From NCBI GenBank assembly GCA_964543815.1, contig CAZIZG010000004.1:5438-69437 (forward strand): a stretch of 64,000 nucleotides of DNA, given 5' to 3'. The notes beneath the pieces are model-generated. The model was not told where the DNA came from and did not search any database. It saw only the letters and a list, made by a program, of their open reading frames with translations. This document shows positions 7,633 through 17,529 of this stretch, piece after piece (the stretch's first letter is position 1; each line of letters opens with the position of its first letter). Made by a program: the position numbers and the translations under genes. This stretch comes from an uncultured Bdellovibrionales bacterium (lineage in GTDB: Bacteria; Patescibacteriota; Minisyncoccia; Moranbacterales; UBA1568).

Positions 7633-8826
7633 ATGCGCTTCCTTGATGTTCTCAAACTGTCCATACGTATGTTCAAGGCCCGTACCATGCGGACCCTCTT
7701 GACCATTCTTGGTATGTCAGTCGGTATCGCCGCCATCATTTTTCTCGTATCTCTTGGCTACGGACTACAGCGAACCCTTCTTCAAAAAATTACTACTTCC
7801 GATGCCTTAGTCACCCTTGATGTTACGCTCGGTAAAGCTGAAAATGTCGCTCTCGATAACGCCGTCGTCGACACACTTAAAACAGTCCGTGATGTTGTGG
7901 ATGTTATCCCAGTCCTCGAACTCTCTGGTCAGGGAAAGTTTGATAACATCACCCTTGATGTAAATACCGTGAGCTCCTCAGCTTCTCTCCTTAAATCAGA
8001 GGGAATCAAGATCACCTACGGTCGACTCTTTACCAAAGATGAAGCTAACAAAATCGTTATTACCAAAGCCGTGGCTCAGGTCTTTGGTACTGCTCCCGAA
8101 GAAATGCTTGGAAAAACCGTTTCACTTACCCTCTTTCAAAATGACGCCAGCGGTCAGGTCAGTCGTAAAAATTCTTTCACTCCCAAGGAAGCCTATCAAA
8201 TTGCCGGCATCGCTGATGGTGATGAAAACATCGTCTACCTCTCTCTTGATTCACTCGAAGGCTTTCCACTGACCAACTATACTAAATTAAAAGTAAAATG
8301 TGCTTCAACCAGTGTACTCGATCAGGTCCGACAAGAAATTGAACAAAAAGGATTTGCTGCCTCCTCTATTTCTGAAACCATCGATCAGGCTAATAAAGTC
8401 TTCAGCGCCATCCAAATTGTCCTCATGGTCTTCGGTATGATTGCCCTTGTTGTTTCAGCTATTGGTATGTTCAATACTATGACCATTGCCCTCCTCGAAC
8501 GTACTGAGGAAATCGGTATCATGAAGGCTATCGGCGCCTCTCGGGGCAGTATCTCTCTTATGTTCGTTATGGAATCCACTCTCATGGGCTTTCTCGGTGC
8601 CTTAGGTGGTGTTATCCTGGGCTTTCTTGAGGGACAGGTGCTCAATTTCTTCATCAATCTCATTGCCTCACGCTTCGGCGGTGAATCTGTCAGTCTCTTC
8701 TATAGTCCCCTCTGGTTCGTTATGACCGTCATCGCTTTTGGGGCTTTCGTCGGCTTTATGACCGGTGTCTTTCCGGCCCGTAAAGCCTCCAGCATCGATA
8801 CACTCGATGCCCTTCGGTATAAATAA
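7633..8826 (+). CDS. MacB/FtsX-family ABC permease
   Basis: RTLLTILGMSVGIA, ERTEEIGIMKAIGA, PARKAS..ALRY. Confidence 0.92.
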   Translation: MRFLDVLKLSIRMFKARTMRTLLTILGMSVGIAAIIFLVSLGYGLQRTLLQKITTSDALVTLDVTLGKAENVALDNAVVDTLKTVRDVVDVIPVLELSGQGKFDNITLDVNTVSSSASLLKSEGIKITYGRLFTKDEANKIVITKAVAQVFGTAPEEMLGKTVSLTLFQNDASGQVSRKNSFTPKEAYQIAGIADGDENIVYLSLDSLEGFPLTNYTKLKVKCASTSVLDQVRQEIEQKGFAASSISETIDQANKVFSAIQIVLMVFGMIALVVSAIGMFNTMTIALLERTEEIGIMKAIGASRGSISLMFVMESTLMGFLGALGGVILGFLEGQVLNFFINLIASRFGGESVSLFYSPLWFVMTVIAFGAFVGFMTGVFPARKASSIDTLDALRYK

Positions 8827-8852
8827 AAGACTTCCCTGGGGAAGTCTTTTAT
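8823..8852. terminator. Bidirectional terminator
   Basis: ATAAAAGACTTCCC-TG-GGGAAGTCTTTTAT between convergent genes. Confidence 0.75.
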
Positions 8853-8872
8853 ACTTTTATGCTCCTTGCCAA

Positions 8873-10642
8873 CTAATACGTTGAGCGAAGGGCATTGATA
8901 ATGACTACTGCATCGATAACCTCCTGCAAGATAGCACCATCAAGCACCGGTATAAAACCCAAAAAGGCAGCCACCATCCCAAGCGATGAAAGTCCAATAC
9001 CGAGACCGATACTCTGCAAGGCCACCCGATAGGAACGACGCCCAATATGAATAGCGTCACGGATACTGGAAGCATCTTTCCCAAGCAGGGCCACATCGGC
9101 CGCTTCAATCGAAGCACTGTTTTCATTCCCAGAAAAAACAATCCCCACATCAGCCAAAGCAAGCGCTGGTGCATCATTTACTCCATCACCAATCATCCCG
9201 ACTAATTGTCCTTTTTCCTGATATCTTTTGAGGAGCGCTACTTTCTTATCCGGTGTTGATTCGGCGTAAATAGGGAGATGGAAAGCCCCTAGAATTCGCT
9301 CGGCATTATGTTTCTTATCCCCCGTCAGAATTCCAAAAAAATACCCTCTCTCGCGTAAATAATCAAAAACAGGAGAGACATCCCCCTTCAGTTGATCATC
9401 GAAAAAGAACCGGGCAATAGGCGTGCCCTCATGAGTCAAATCAACTGCCAATCCTTCGGTCACACCAGCGGACTTCACTATCCCATAATGGCTATCGTGA
9501 AGTATCCCGAAAATCCCTTCACCTAGCCGTTCCTCAACCTGCTCGGCTCGTGGCACCTCCGTATGACAACGCTCTCCTTGTGCCTGAACCAACGAACGAG
9601 CCAACGGATGGAAAGAGTGTCGTTCCAAGGCTGCTGCCATATCAAGTGCTTGCTCCTCATCAAGTCCTCGGTCTAGTAAAACTATTTTTTCAAGTTTCGG
9701 TTCGCCGAGCGTCAAAGTACCTGTCTTATCAAAGAAAAATACTTTCGTTTTTGCCAGAAGCTCAAGAGCATAGGGACTTTTGACAATAATATTTTTCCGA
9801 GCTGCTTTGTTGAGACCACCAATAAAACTCATCGGGGCCGCGATAAGAAGCGGACAAGGTGTCGCGATAACGAGTACCGCTAAAAATCGACTCCAATCAC
9901 CAAACCAGGCGTAGGCCCCAAAAGAGAGAGCAACAGCAAAAAGAGAGAACCAAACGTTGTATTTTTCGGCAAGGCGCGTCAAGGGAGATGGGTGTTTTTT
10001 CCCTTCTTCCACCAATCGCAGAATCTTGCGATAGCTTGAATGTTCGAAGTCCCCCTGAACGGAAAGCAGGAGTGTATCACCAACATTAATACTACCGCTT
10101 TTAAGTAACTGGTGCTCCCGTGCCAGTACTGGCTCCATTTCGCCCGTAATATTGGCCTCATTTAACAGAGCACGCTGGGAAAGAAGGTGCCCATCAAATG
10201 CTAAGAGTTCATTTGGTCGAATCACCAAAACATCATGAGTTTGCACGCTTTGCAACGGCACTTCCGTTTCGTTGTCTCCGTGGCGTAACAACACTGTTTT
10301 TGGCAAGGCTTCAAAAAGACTCCGAATCGTCTTTTCCGCTTGTTTTGTACCATAGTTTTCAAGGGCCGCGCTCACCGTCACCATAAAAGCAATTACTGCT
10401 CCAGAAAGCCATTCCTGTAAAACTAAGGCGGATACCAGGGTAAGAAGAGCCAGGTAATCAAGACTCCACTTTCCCACAGCAATCCGCTCATAAGACTCAA
10501 CCACTAAGCGCCAGAGGCCAATGAACATAACCACGACCGAAAGTACCGGGAGTGACCACGTAAAAGCTCCGACTATCAAAAAAAGGAGAGCGAGTGGCAG
10601 ACGAAACTCCCGACTAATAATAATGTCTCTGATGCCTACCAT
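8873..10642 (-). CDS. Heavy-metal P1B-type ATPase (P1B-5-like)
   Basis: ATPCP, DKTGT, HP, TGD, GDGVNDAP, QEVID motifs. Confidence 0.92.
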   Translation of the reverse strand: MVGIRDIIISREFRLPLALLFLIVGAFTWSLPVLSVVVMFIGLWRLVVESYERIAVGKWSLDYLALLTLVSALVLQEWLSGAVIAFMVTVSAALENYGTKQAEKTIRSLFEALPKTVLLRHGDNETEVPLQSVQTHDVLVIRPNELLAFDGHLLSQRALLNEANITGEMEPVLAREHQLLKSGSINVGDTLLLSVQGDFEHSSYRKILRLVEEGKKHPSPLTRLAEKYNVWFSLFAVALSFGAYAWFGDWSRFLAVLVIATPCPLLIAAPMSFIGGLNKAARKNIIVKSPYALELLAKTKVFFFDKTGTLTLGEPKLEKIVLLDRGLDEEQALDMAAALERHSFHPLARSLVQAQGERCHTEVPRAEQVEERLGEGIFGILHDSHYGIVKSAGVTEGLAVDLTHEGTPIARFFFDDQLKGDVSPVFDYLRERGYFFGILTGDKKHNAERILGAFHLPIYAESTPDKKVALLKRYQEKGQLVGMIGDGVNDAPALALADVGIVFSGNENSASIEAADVALLGKDASSIRDAIHIGRRSYRVALQSIGLGIGLSSLGMVAAFLGFIPVLDGAILQEVIDAVVIINALRSTY

Positions 10643-10671
10643 ACTGTTTGTTTTTATCCTACTCTCCCGGT

Positions 10672-12111
10672 TTAAGAAGATTCCTTATCGGTCTCGATAT
10701 CGCGTGATAACACTCTCCTTTCATGCCGACGGAGTTCCTGTTCATCCGCTCGTAATCGACTCTCTAAAATTTCAATTTCTCGTTCCTCGCGACGCAGCTG
10801 ACGAAGCAGCCAATACATCATCATCCCTAGCACACCAAAGGAAAAGAGGCTCCCCCCAACAACATAGAGCAGTGGACTTTCTAGAGTACTCACGCCATCC
10901 CTGAATTCTTCCCAAAACGTATCTCGTGCCTCTCCCTGATTCTGCCAAGTGTGACATTTGAAAACATAGGGAGCAGTGATACCCTCTGTCAAAAAAGCCG
11001 AGTGGGTTATATTTGTCTTCATAAAATGTGTCAGTGCCGTATCGCAGTGACGTTCAGTAAAGGCCTGAAGACCGGCACGGAAGGCCTGGCCATAGACTCC
11101 CTCCTCCGGCAAAATTCGCCCCTCAAGAGCCTGCTCTTTGACAATCTCAATGGGAAGAGCAAAAGCAAAATTATCACCAGCAGAACGGGACAGCTCGTCA
11201 GTTTGAAAGGAAATCATACCAAGCACCTCCCCCTCTTCATTGAACAATGGACCGCCACTTGACCCCTGAGAAACCTTGGCATCAGTCTGAAATATTTTGA
11301 GTTGGCCGTCTTCAGTTTCACGTATGGCACTTACTACTCCTCGCGTAAAGGTGGCAACGGATGGATTATTCTGATTAATTTCCGCTGTCGCTGGAAAACC
11401 GAAAATAAAAACCTTTTTACCCAATGAAAGATCAGCCGAAGAGCCCAGAGAAAGAGCTGGCAGATTTCTCTCCTCGATTTTTAAGAGAGCGACATCCCGT
11501 TCATCCACAAAAAATTGCTCATGCGATGCCACAACCTGAGCTGGAAAACCGGATTGCATAAGGTCACGCATCGAAACATCTTTTGCTCCAGGTCGTAGTA
11601 CCGCAATATCGTGATTGAGATCAAAAACACTGTGATCAATGATAAACTGGATAATCTCTCGTGAGAATCTTTTACCGTCTTGATCATCCAAAAATTGCTG
11701 CATTTCTTCTTCACTGAGCGATAATGCATTTTCATATATGGCCGAAAGGGCGCTTTCAGAGGCTAAGGAATTTTTAATCGTCACGAGCGAGACTACATGG
11801 GCATTGGTTGCGATATACCCATCAGCATGGATGATAAAGCCACTCCCAGTAAGGTATTCATCCACCGCCACATCAGAGAAACGATCAGGTATCACTACTA
11901 CCGATTTCTGTCTCAAGTCCACTTTGACCAAAGGAACACGCGCCGTTCCAGTAACATGTTCGGCAATGCGCACCACTGAAGGTTTAATCAAATCGGCCAA
12001 GGCATCTTCAGAAAGGATAGTGGCGGCGCTGACGATGCCCACACTACAAAAAGAAAAAATGATAGAAAAGATACTGAGCCCAACAAGACGAAAAAGAATC
12101 GGGTATGCCAT
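10672..12111 (-). CDS. Trypsin-like (HtrA-related) serine protease with signal peptide and C-terminal TM
   Basis: TNAHVV, DVALLK, GSSGGP catalytic triad motifs. Confidence 0.88.
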   Translation of the reverse strand: MAYPILFRLVGLSIFSIIFSFCSVGIVSAATILSEDALADLIKPSVVRIAEHVTGTARVPLVKVDLRQKSVVVIPDRFSDVAVDEYLTGSGFIIHADGYIATNAHVVSLVTIKNSLASESALSAIYENALSLSEEEMQQFLDDQDGKRFSREIIQFIIDHSVFDLNHDIAVLRPGAKDVSMRDLMQSGFPAQVVASHEQFFVDERDVALLKIEERNLPALSLGSSADLSLGKKVFIFGFPATAEINQNNPSVATFTRGVVSAIRETEDGQLKIFQTDAKVSQGSSGGPLFNEEGEVLGMISFQTDELSRSAGDNFAFALPIEIVKEQALEGRILPEEGVYGQAFRAGLQAFTERHCDTALTHFMKTNITHSAFLTEGITAPYVFKCHTWQNQGEARDTFWEEFRDGVSTLESPLLYVVGGSLFSFGVLGMMMYWLLRQLRREEREIEILESRLRADEQELRRHERRVLSRDIETDKESS

Positions 12112-12155
12112 AGTGGTTTTTTCCTATTGTAACACGTTTTTATGAATAATTTTCA

Positions 12156-12184
12156 TTGACATCAGTCTCATTTTCTGCTACCAT
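12156..12184 (+). promoter_or_regulatory. Sigma70-type promoter for the RND operon
   Basis: TTGACA-17 nt-TACCAT with TG extension. Confidence 0.55.
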
Positions 12185-12213
12185 GAGCAGATTACTTCTA
12201 TTTAAAATGCCCT

Positions 12214-13368
12214 ATGTTTAAGCAATTTTCAGACATATTTCACCGAATTATAACTCAACTTGCCCAGTACCCAGGGTTAAGTTTTTTCATTCTACTTGTT
12301 CTGCTTTTTGGTACCATCGCACTCGGACACCTTTGGCGCACACCCCAATCATTAAGCGAGGATGCCAAGCGAGAACCAAAGCAAACCGCTCTTTTCGATC
12401 TCTCCCAAAATACAGCTTTTGTTACCGTACCAGCCAAAGTTAAAAAAGAAAGCATCGTCCATCTGACCGCGCTGGTACCCGGCATTGTTTCCGGGATACT
12501 CACAAGCCCCGGCCGATCAGTCGTCTCCGGTCAAACCATCCTTACACTTACCAATGACTACCAAAGTGGGGGTGCCGAACTCAAAAAACAACTGGCTGCA
12601 CAAAGTGACGCCCTGACTCAGGAAATCGCAAGTATCGACAAACGAATTACCGCCCTTAAGGAGAAACAAACGAAGCATGATGATTCTCTTGATGATACCG
12701 ATGAGGCACTGGCCCTTGATCAACTCAAAAAAGAACGGGCCCTTCGAAAAAGCACCCTAGAGCAGAGTCAAACTTCACTTCAAATAAGCCAAACGAATGA
12801 TGCCGCCTACAAACCAAAGGTGTTCGTTAATGGCACCGTCGAAAGTATTCGTGTCAAACGTGGTGACTGGGTGATAGCCGGGCAAGTCCTCGCTACGATT
12901 ACCACTCCCAAAGGGGCCACTACTCTCGAGGCGCTCCTTGATAAAAATTCTGCCGAGCTCTTTGATCCGAGTGCTGAGACATCTGTCCAAATTGGCACAG
13001 AGAAATTCACACTTCGCCCAACATATTTTTCCCGAAGCGAGAACGAAAACGGGTTATTTTCAGTCCTCTTTACTCTCTCTGAAACCATGAGGACTAAACT
13101 CATTAATGGAGAATTTGTGACCATGGACCTGCCATTAAGAAAAAGCACCGAGAGTCTCGCTCTTGTGCCCATCGATGCTATTTTCCAGGATGACAGCCAT
13201 GCTTGGATACTGGTAGAGCATGATGGTGTAGCTGAAGCCAGGAATGTTTCCCTTGGAAATCTCCACGGCAGCTTCGCTGAAATCCTCGACGGAGTAGAAC
13301 GAAATAGCCGCATTATTCTCAATCGTTCTGTGCTAGCTGGAGATACTATTGTTCCAACAGCACTGTAA
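12214..13368 (+). CDS. RND efflux membrane-fusion (adaptor) protein
   Basis: N-terminal TM, split lipoyl motifs flanking a coiled coil, VPIDAI and V.LG...AEILDG; adjacent to an RND gene. Confidence 0.8.
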   Translation: MFKQFSDIFHRIITQLAQYPGLSFFILLVLLFGTIALGHLWRTPQSLSEDAKREPKQTALFDLSQNTAFVTVPAKVKKESIVHLTALVPGIVSGILTSPGRSVVSGQTILTLTNDYQSGGAELKKQLAAQSDALTQEIASIDKRITALKEKQTKHDDSLDDTDEALALDQLKKERALRKSTLEQSQTSLQISQTNDAAYKPKVFVNGTVESIRVKRGDWVIAGQVLATITTPKGATTLEALLDKNSAELFDPSAETSVQIGTEKFTLRPTYFSRSENENGLFSVLFTLSETMRTKLINGEFVTMDLPLRKSTESLALVPIDAIFQDDSHAWILVEHDGVAEARNVSLGNLHGSFAEILDGVERNSRIILNRSVLAGDTIVPTAL

Positions 13369-13384
13369 CCACAAAAACCCTCGT

Positions 13385-16300
13385 ATGGAGAAAGAATCTT
13401 CCTTCCTCGATCGTCTTACCTTCGATCCAGCCCAGACCAGAACACTTATTGCTGCCTACTTTAGGAATGTTCGCACTATCATCCTGATTGTTCTTACGCT
13501 CACTCTGGCAGGCGGAGCTACTTTCTTCACTCTTCCCAGAGAGCTCAACCCCAATATTCAAATACCGATTGTTTTTGTCTCAATTCCTTTCCCTGGGGCT
13601 GGTCCAGAAGACGTCGAGCAGCTCGTTACTGTGCCAATCGAAGATGCTATAAACGGCCTTTCTGGCGTCAAAAAAGTCTCTTCTGTTTCACAGGAGAATA
13701 TTGCCACTCTGAACATTGAATTTGAATCTGGTGTCGACCCAGAAAAAGCCAAACGAGATGTTCAAGGTGCCCTTGACGGTGTTAATGATCTCCCAACTGA
13801 TACTCAAACACCAAAAGTACAAGTACTTGATTTTCAAAATCAACCAGTCATGAATTTTATTCTTACTGGCGATACTGATAGCGCCACCCTGACGCGCTTG
13901 GCCGATATCCTCGAAGACAGGTTGGAGGACCTTTCAGGAATTGAAAAAGTTACCGTATCATACCGTCAGCCCGAAGAAATTACCATTAGCCTTTCTCCTC
14001 AGGTACTCGCCGAACGCAACCTGAAACCCCTGGCAATAGGAAACAGCATCAATCAGGCAATCGCCAATCATCCCGCCGGAACAGTGAGTACGAGCGGTAC
14101 CTCCTATGCGCTCACCCAATCCACCACCGCCCAAAGCGTAGAGAATTTACGTCTGCTTCCCCTCATGCTTGGAAAGGATGTTGTCCCCCTCGGCAACATC
14201 GCTCACATCACCACAACGCCAGCCCATAATGCCCCCGAAGGCCTGTATGCAGACGCTACCACGCCTCCGATACGCGGCATTATGTTCTCTGTCTGGAAAA
14301 CTGATAACGCTGATACTGCTGATGCTGTCACAAGCATCAACCAAACCATAGAGAAACTTAAGAAAGAAATAGGTGTTTCGTTCATCTTTGAGCCTATTTT
14401 TGATGGCGCCAAAGAAATCAAGAAAAGCTTCGATCAGCTTTTTCATGATTTTGCCCTCACGCTCCTCCTGGTCTTTTCAGTGCTCTACACCTTCTTTGGT
14501 TTGCGCCAATCCATCATCGCTGCCCTTGCTATCCCTCTTACCTTCCTTGGTACGTTTCTTGTGATGAATGCTTCTGGTATTTCTATCAACTTCATCGCTC
14601 TCTTCTCGCTCCTCCTCGCCCTCGGTATACTTGTTGACAACGCCATCGTCATTATTTCAGCCATGGCAAGTTACGAGCGGACCAAAAAATTTACTCCCGA
14701 TCAAGTAGCTCTCCTCGTTTGGCGCGATTTTCGAGCGGTTATCTTCACGACTACCATTACCACCGTTTGGGCCTTTCTCCCCCTCCTCCTGGCAAGCGGC
14801 GTCATAGGCGAATTCATCAAGCCTATTCCTATCGTTGTATCATCTTCCTTGGCAATTTCTGCGGTCATTGCCCTGCTCATCGTTATCCCCCTCATGGCTA
14901 TGCTGCTCAAGGGAGCTTTCCCTCGTCGTGTCGTCCTTCTCGTTTATGCCCTCCTCTTTCTCGGTGGAGCTACCCTTCTCTTCGTACTTATACCGGTTGG
15001 ACCCCAAAAAACATTGCTCTTTCTCATCGCTCTGTTTATCCTTTTTCTCGTTGGTAAACTTTCCCGCTCTGTCCGCCAAAGATGGCACCAGTATGAAGCC
15101 TCGCACTTCGCTACTTTTTTCCGCTCCTTCCATAGACTGTCTGACAATGGCCTCTTTAATTTTGACCCTCTCGCCCATCGATACGAGCGATTCATTGCCG
15201 GAGTGCTTGGTTCCAGAAAAGCCCGTCGTAAAACCATTGCCCTCCTCATCGTGTTTTCCATCTTTTCTTATGCTCTAGTTCCATTGGGATATGTCGTAAA
15301 TGAATTTTTTCCCAAGGATAATAAAGACACGATTTTTATCAGCGTCGAGCTCCCTAAAAACACCTCCTTAAAACAGAGTACCGATGAAGCAAGAACGTTG
15401 CTTGATCAGTTGCGCTCATACAAAGAAGCCCGATTTGTCGTCGCGGAAATTGGAGCCGCCCCACCAACAAATAATTTTGTTACTGGTAAAGACTGGAACA
15501 ATCTCCTCTTTACGATGATGGTAAATGGAGCCAAAGAACGTTCGATGACCTCAAGCGAGATTGTCTCAGATCTCAATCATCTCTATGCTAATTATAATCG
15601 TGGTAAACTCGTAGCCAGTCAGCTCTCCGGTGGTCCACCAGCCGGTAGCGATATTGAGCTCAAGCTCCTTGGAAATGACTTACCTGCATTGCAGGCCTAT
15701 GGCAAACATATAAGTGCCTTCCTGGAAGAGCAGCCTGGTATTACCAATGTCTCGACTTCGATTACCTCTGGATCAAGTAAAATAACCTTTGAACCAAATC
15801 AAGAACTCTTGGCTCAAAATGGCGTAAGCGAGAACGATACTTCTTTTCTGCTACGGACATTAGGAAGCGGCTACACCATTAAAAATGATGCTCGATTGAA
15901 AGATGAAAAGTTTGATATTGTCCTTCGCTTCGGCGGTACTACTCATCTCGAACACCCTGAAAGCATCAGCGCAGTGACTATTCTCGGTACGCACGGCCTT
16001 ATGCCACTCTCTGCTCTCGGTACCTTCTCACTTGAGTCTAATCCTACCCTCATCACTCGAGAAGACGGTAAGCGAACCCTTTCCGTCTCCGCAGGAGTAG
16101 CCGATGGCTACTCCGTGAGCACCCTCAACGCGTCTTTGGAAAAATTTGCTGACACTCTGAATCTTCCCGATGGCTATCGGTGGAAAACTGGCGGCGTCAA
16201 CGACGAAAATAACAAATCCGTTCAGTCCATTCTCGAGGCTATGCTTCTCTCAGCTATTCTCATTTTTGGCACAATGGCCATTCAGTTCAATTCCTTTCGA

Positions 16301-16723
16301 AAGGCTCTCATTGTACTTCTGGTGGTACCCCTTGCTGTTTCTGGTGTCTTCATCATGTTCTCGCTCTTTGGCATCCCACTCTCATTCCCAGCTCTCATTG
16401 GTATCCTAGCTCTCTTCGGTATTGTCGTTAATAATTCCATCATTATGGTTGATAAGATTAACCGCAATATGGAAAGTGGTCTTCCTCTTACCCAGGCCAT
16501 CAGTGAAGGCGCAGCCAGCCGACTAGAACCAATCCTCCTCACCGCTATCACCACCATCGTTGGACTCATCCCGATTACTCTCTCCGATCCTATCTGGCAG
16601 GGTCTCGGCGGCGCGATTATTGCTGGCCTGACCTTTTCTGGTGTAGCTAAACTTTTCTTTATTCCAGTCATCTATCAAATCTGGTTTCAAGAAAATGAGC
16701 GGTCAGTAATTCCAAAAGCATAA
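13385..16723 (+). CDS. AcrB/AcrD/AcrF-family RND transporter
   Basis: PGAGPEDVEQLVT.PIE, GILVDNAIV, GIVVNNSI, RLEPILLT; ATG 13385 preferred over ORF start 13349. Confidence 0.93.
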   Translation: MEKESSFLDRLTFDPAQTRTLIAAYFRNVRTIILIVLTLTLAGGATFFTLPRELNPNIQIPIVFVSIPFPGAGPEDVEQLVTVPIEDAINGLSGVKKVSSVSQENIATLNIEFESGVDPEKAKRDVQGALDGVNDLPTDTQTPKVQVLDFQNQPVMNFILTGDTDSATLTRLADILEDRLEDLSGIEKVTVSYRQPEEITISLSPQVLAERNLKPLAIGNSINQAIANHPAGTVSTSGTSYALTQSTTAQSVENLRLLPLMLGKDVVPLGNIAHITTTPAHNAPEGLYADATTPPIRGIMFSVWKTDNADTADAVTSINQTIEKLKKEIGVSFIFEPIFDGAKEIKKSFDQLFHDFALTLLLVFSVLYTFFGLRQSIIAALAIPLTFLGTFLVMNASGISINFIALFSLLLALGILVDNAIVIISAMASYERTKKFTPDQVALLVWRDFRAVIFTTTITTVWAFLPLLLASGVIGEFIKPIPIVVSSSLAISAVIALLIVIPLMAMLLKGAFPRRVVLLVYALLFLGGATLLFVLIPVGPQKTLLFLIALFILFLVGKLSRSVRQRWHQYEASHFATFFRSFHRLSDNGLFNFDPLAHRYERFIAGVLGSRKARRKTIALLIVFSIFSYALVPLGYVVNEFFPKDNKDTIFISVELPKNTSLKQSTDEARTLLDQLRSYKEARFVVAEIGAAPPTNNFVTGKDWNNLLFTMMVNGAKERSMTSSEIVSDLNHLYANYNRGKLVASQLSGGPPAGSDIELKLLGNDLPALQAYGKHISAFLEEQPGITNVSTSITSGSSKITFEPNQELLAQNGVSENDTSFLLRTLGSGYTIKNDARLKDEKFDIVLRFGGTTHLEHPESISAVTILGTHGLMPLSALGTFSLESNPTLITREDGKRTLSVSAGVADGYSVSTLNASLEKFADTLNLPDGYRWKTGGVNDENNKSVQSILEAMLLSAILIFGTMAIQFNSFRKALIVLLVVPLAVSGVFIMFSLFGIPLSFPALIGILALFGIVVNNSIIMVDKINRNMESGLPLTQAISEGAASRLEPILLTAITTIVGLIPITLSDPIWQGLGGAIIAGLTFSGVAKLFFIPVIYQIWFQENERSVIPKA

Positions 16724-16753
16724 AAAATTCCCTCCTTCCGGAGGGTATTTTTT
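16724..16753. terminator. Bidirectional terminator
   Basis: CCCTCC-TTCC-GGAGGG with A/T tracts between convergent genes. Confidence 0.6.
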
Positions 16754-17471
16754 ATTGCTCTTCTATTGTAACGCTCGTAACCGTTACCGGATTTACTGGA
16801 CTCGAATTTTCACCGCCCGGCTTCGTTGGCGCCGTAGCAATTTTGTCCACGGTATCGAGTCCCTCTATAACTTTACCAAAAATCACATAGTTTGGTGGCA
16901 ATGGATTATCTTTATGCATAATGAAAAACTGACTACCATTAGTATCAGGACCGGCATTGGCCATAGCAAGCGTACCGCGTTCATATTTCCCAGAAAATTT
17001 TTCGTCCTCAAATTTATAACCTGGACCACCCATCCCCGTCCCCTCTGGATCACCACCCTGAATCATAAAACCAGGAATCGTACGGTGGAATACGGTATTA
17101 TCGTAAAACTTTTCCTTGGCCAAAAAAACGAAATTATTAACCGTAATAGGTGTCTCTTTGGCATACAGCGACACTACTATAGTACCAAGTGAGGTCGTAA
17201 GAGTAGCTCGATACTCCTTACTTGGATTAATTGACATGACCGGTGGATACGTATACATTTTCTTGTTGGTTACAGGCTGATTAACTGACTTATTCTCATT
17301 CGCGGACGGTGGAGTTTTGGCTGCCAATTGACTTTCAGTAGCGGCCTTTTTCATTTCCGTAAAATCCAGACCATCCTCAACTGGCTTATCTTGACGTACC
17401 TCTGGAGTAGTGCAACCAGCCAAGAGCAAAGCCGCTGTCCCGAGCGCAAAAATTGAAATCTCTCTCTTCAT
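16752..17471 (-). CDS. Cyclophilin-type peptidyl-prolyl isomerase, lipoprotein
   Basis: LAGC lipobox; FHRTIPGFMIQGGDP, LAMANAGPDTNGSQFFI. Confidence 0.95.
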   Translation of the reverse strand: MKREISIFALGTAALLLAGCTTPEVRQDKPVEDGLDFTEMKKAATESQLAAKTPPSANENKSVNQPVTNKKMYTYPPVMSINPSKEYRATLTTSLGTIVVSLYAKETPITVNNFVFLAKEKFYDNTVFHRTIPGFMIQGGDPEGTGMGGPGYKFEDEKFSGKYERGTLAMANAGPDTNGSQFFIMHKDNPLPPNYVIFGKVIEGLDTVDKIATAPTKPGGENSSPVNPVTVTSVTIEEQ

Positions 17472-17529
17472 AAAAAAATGATATGACTCTTCCTAGTATA
17501 CCCTAAAGATTATGTTTTTTCGAGAGAAA

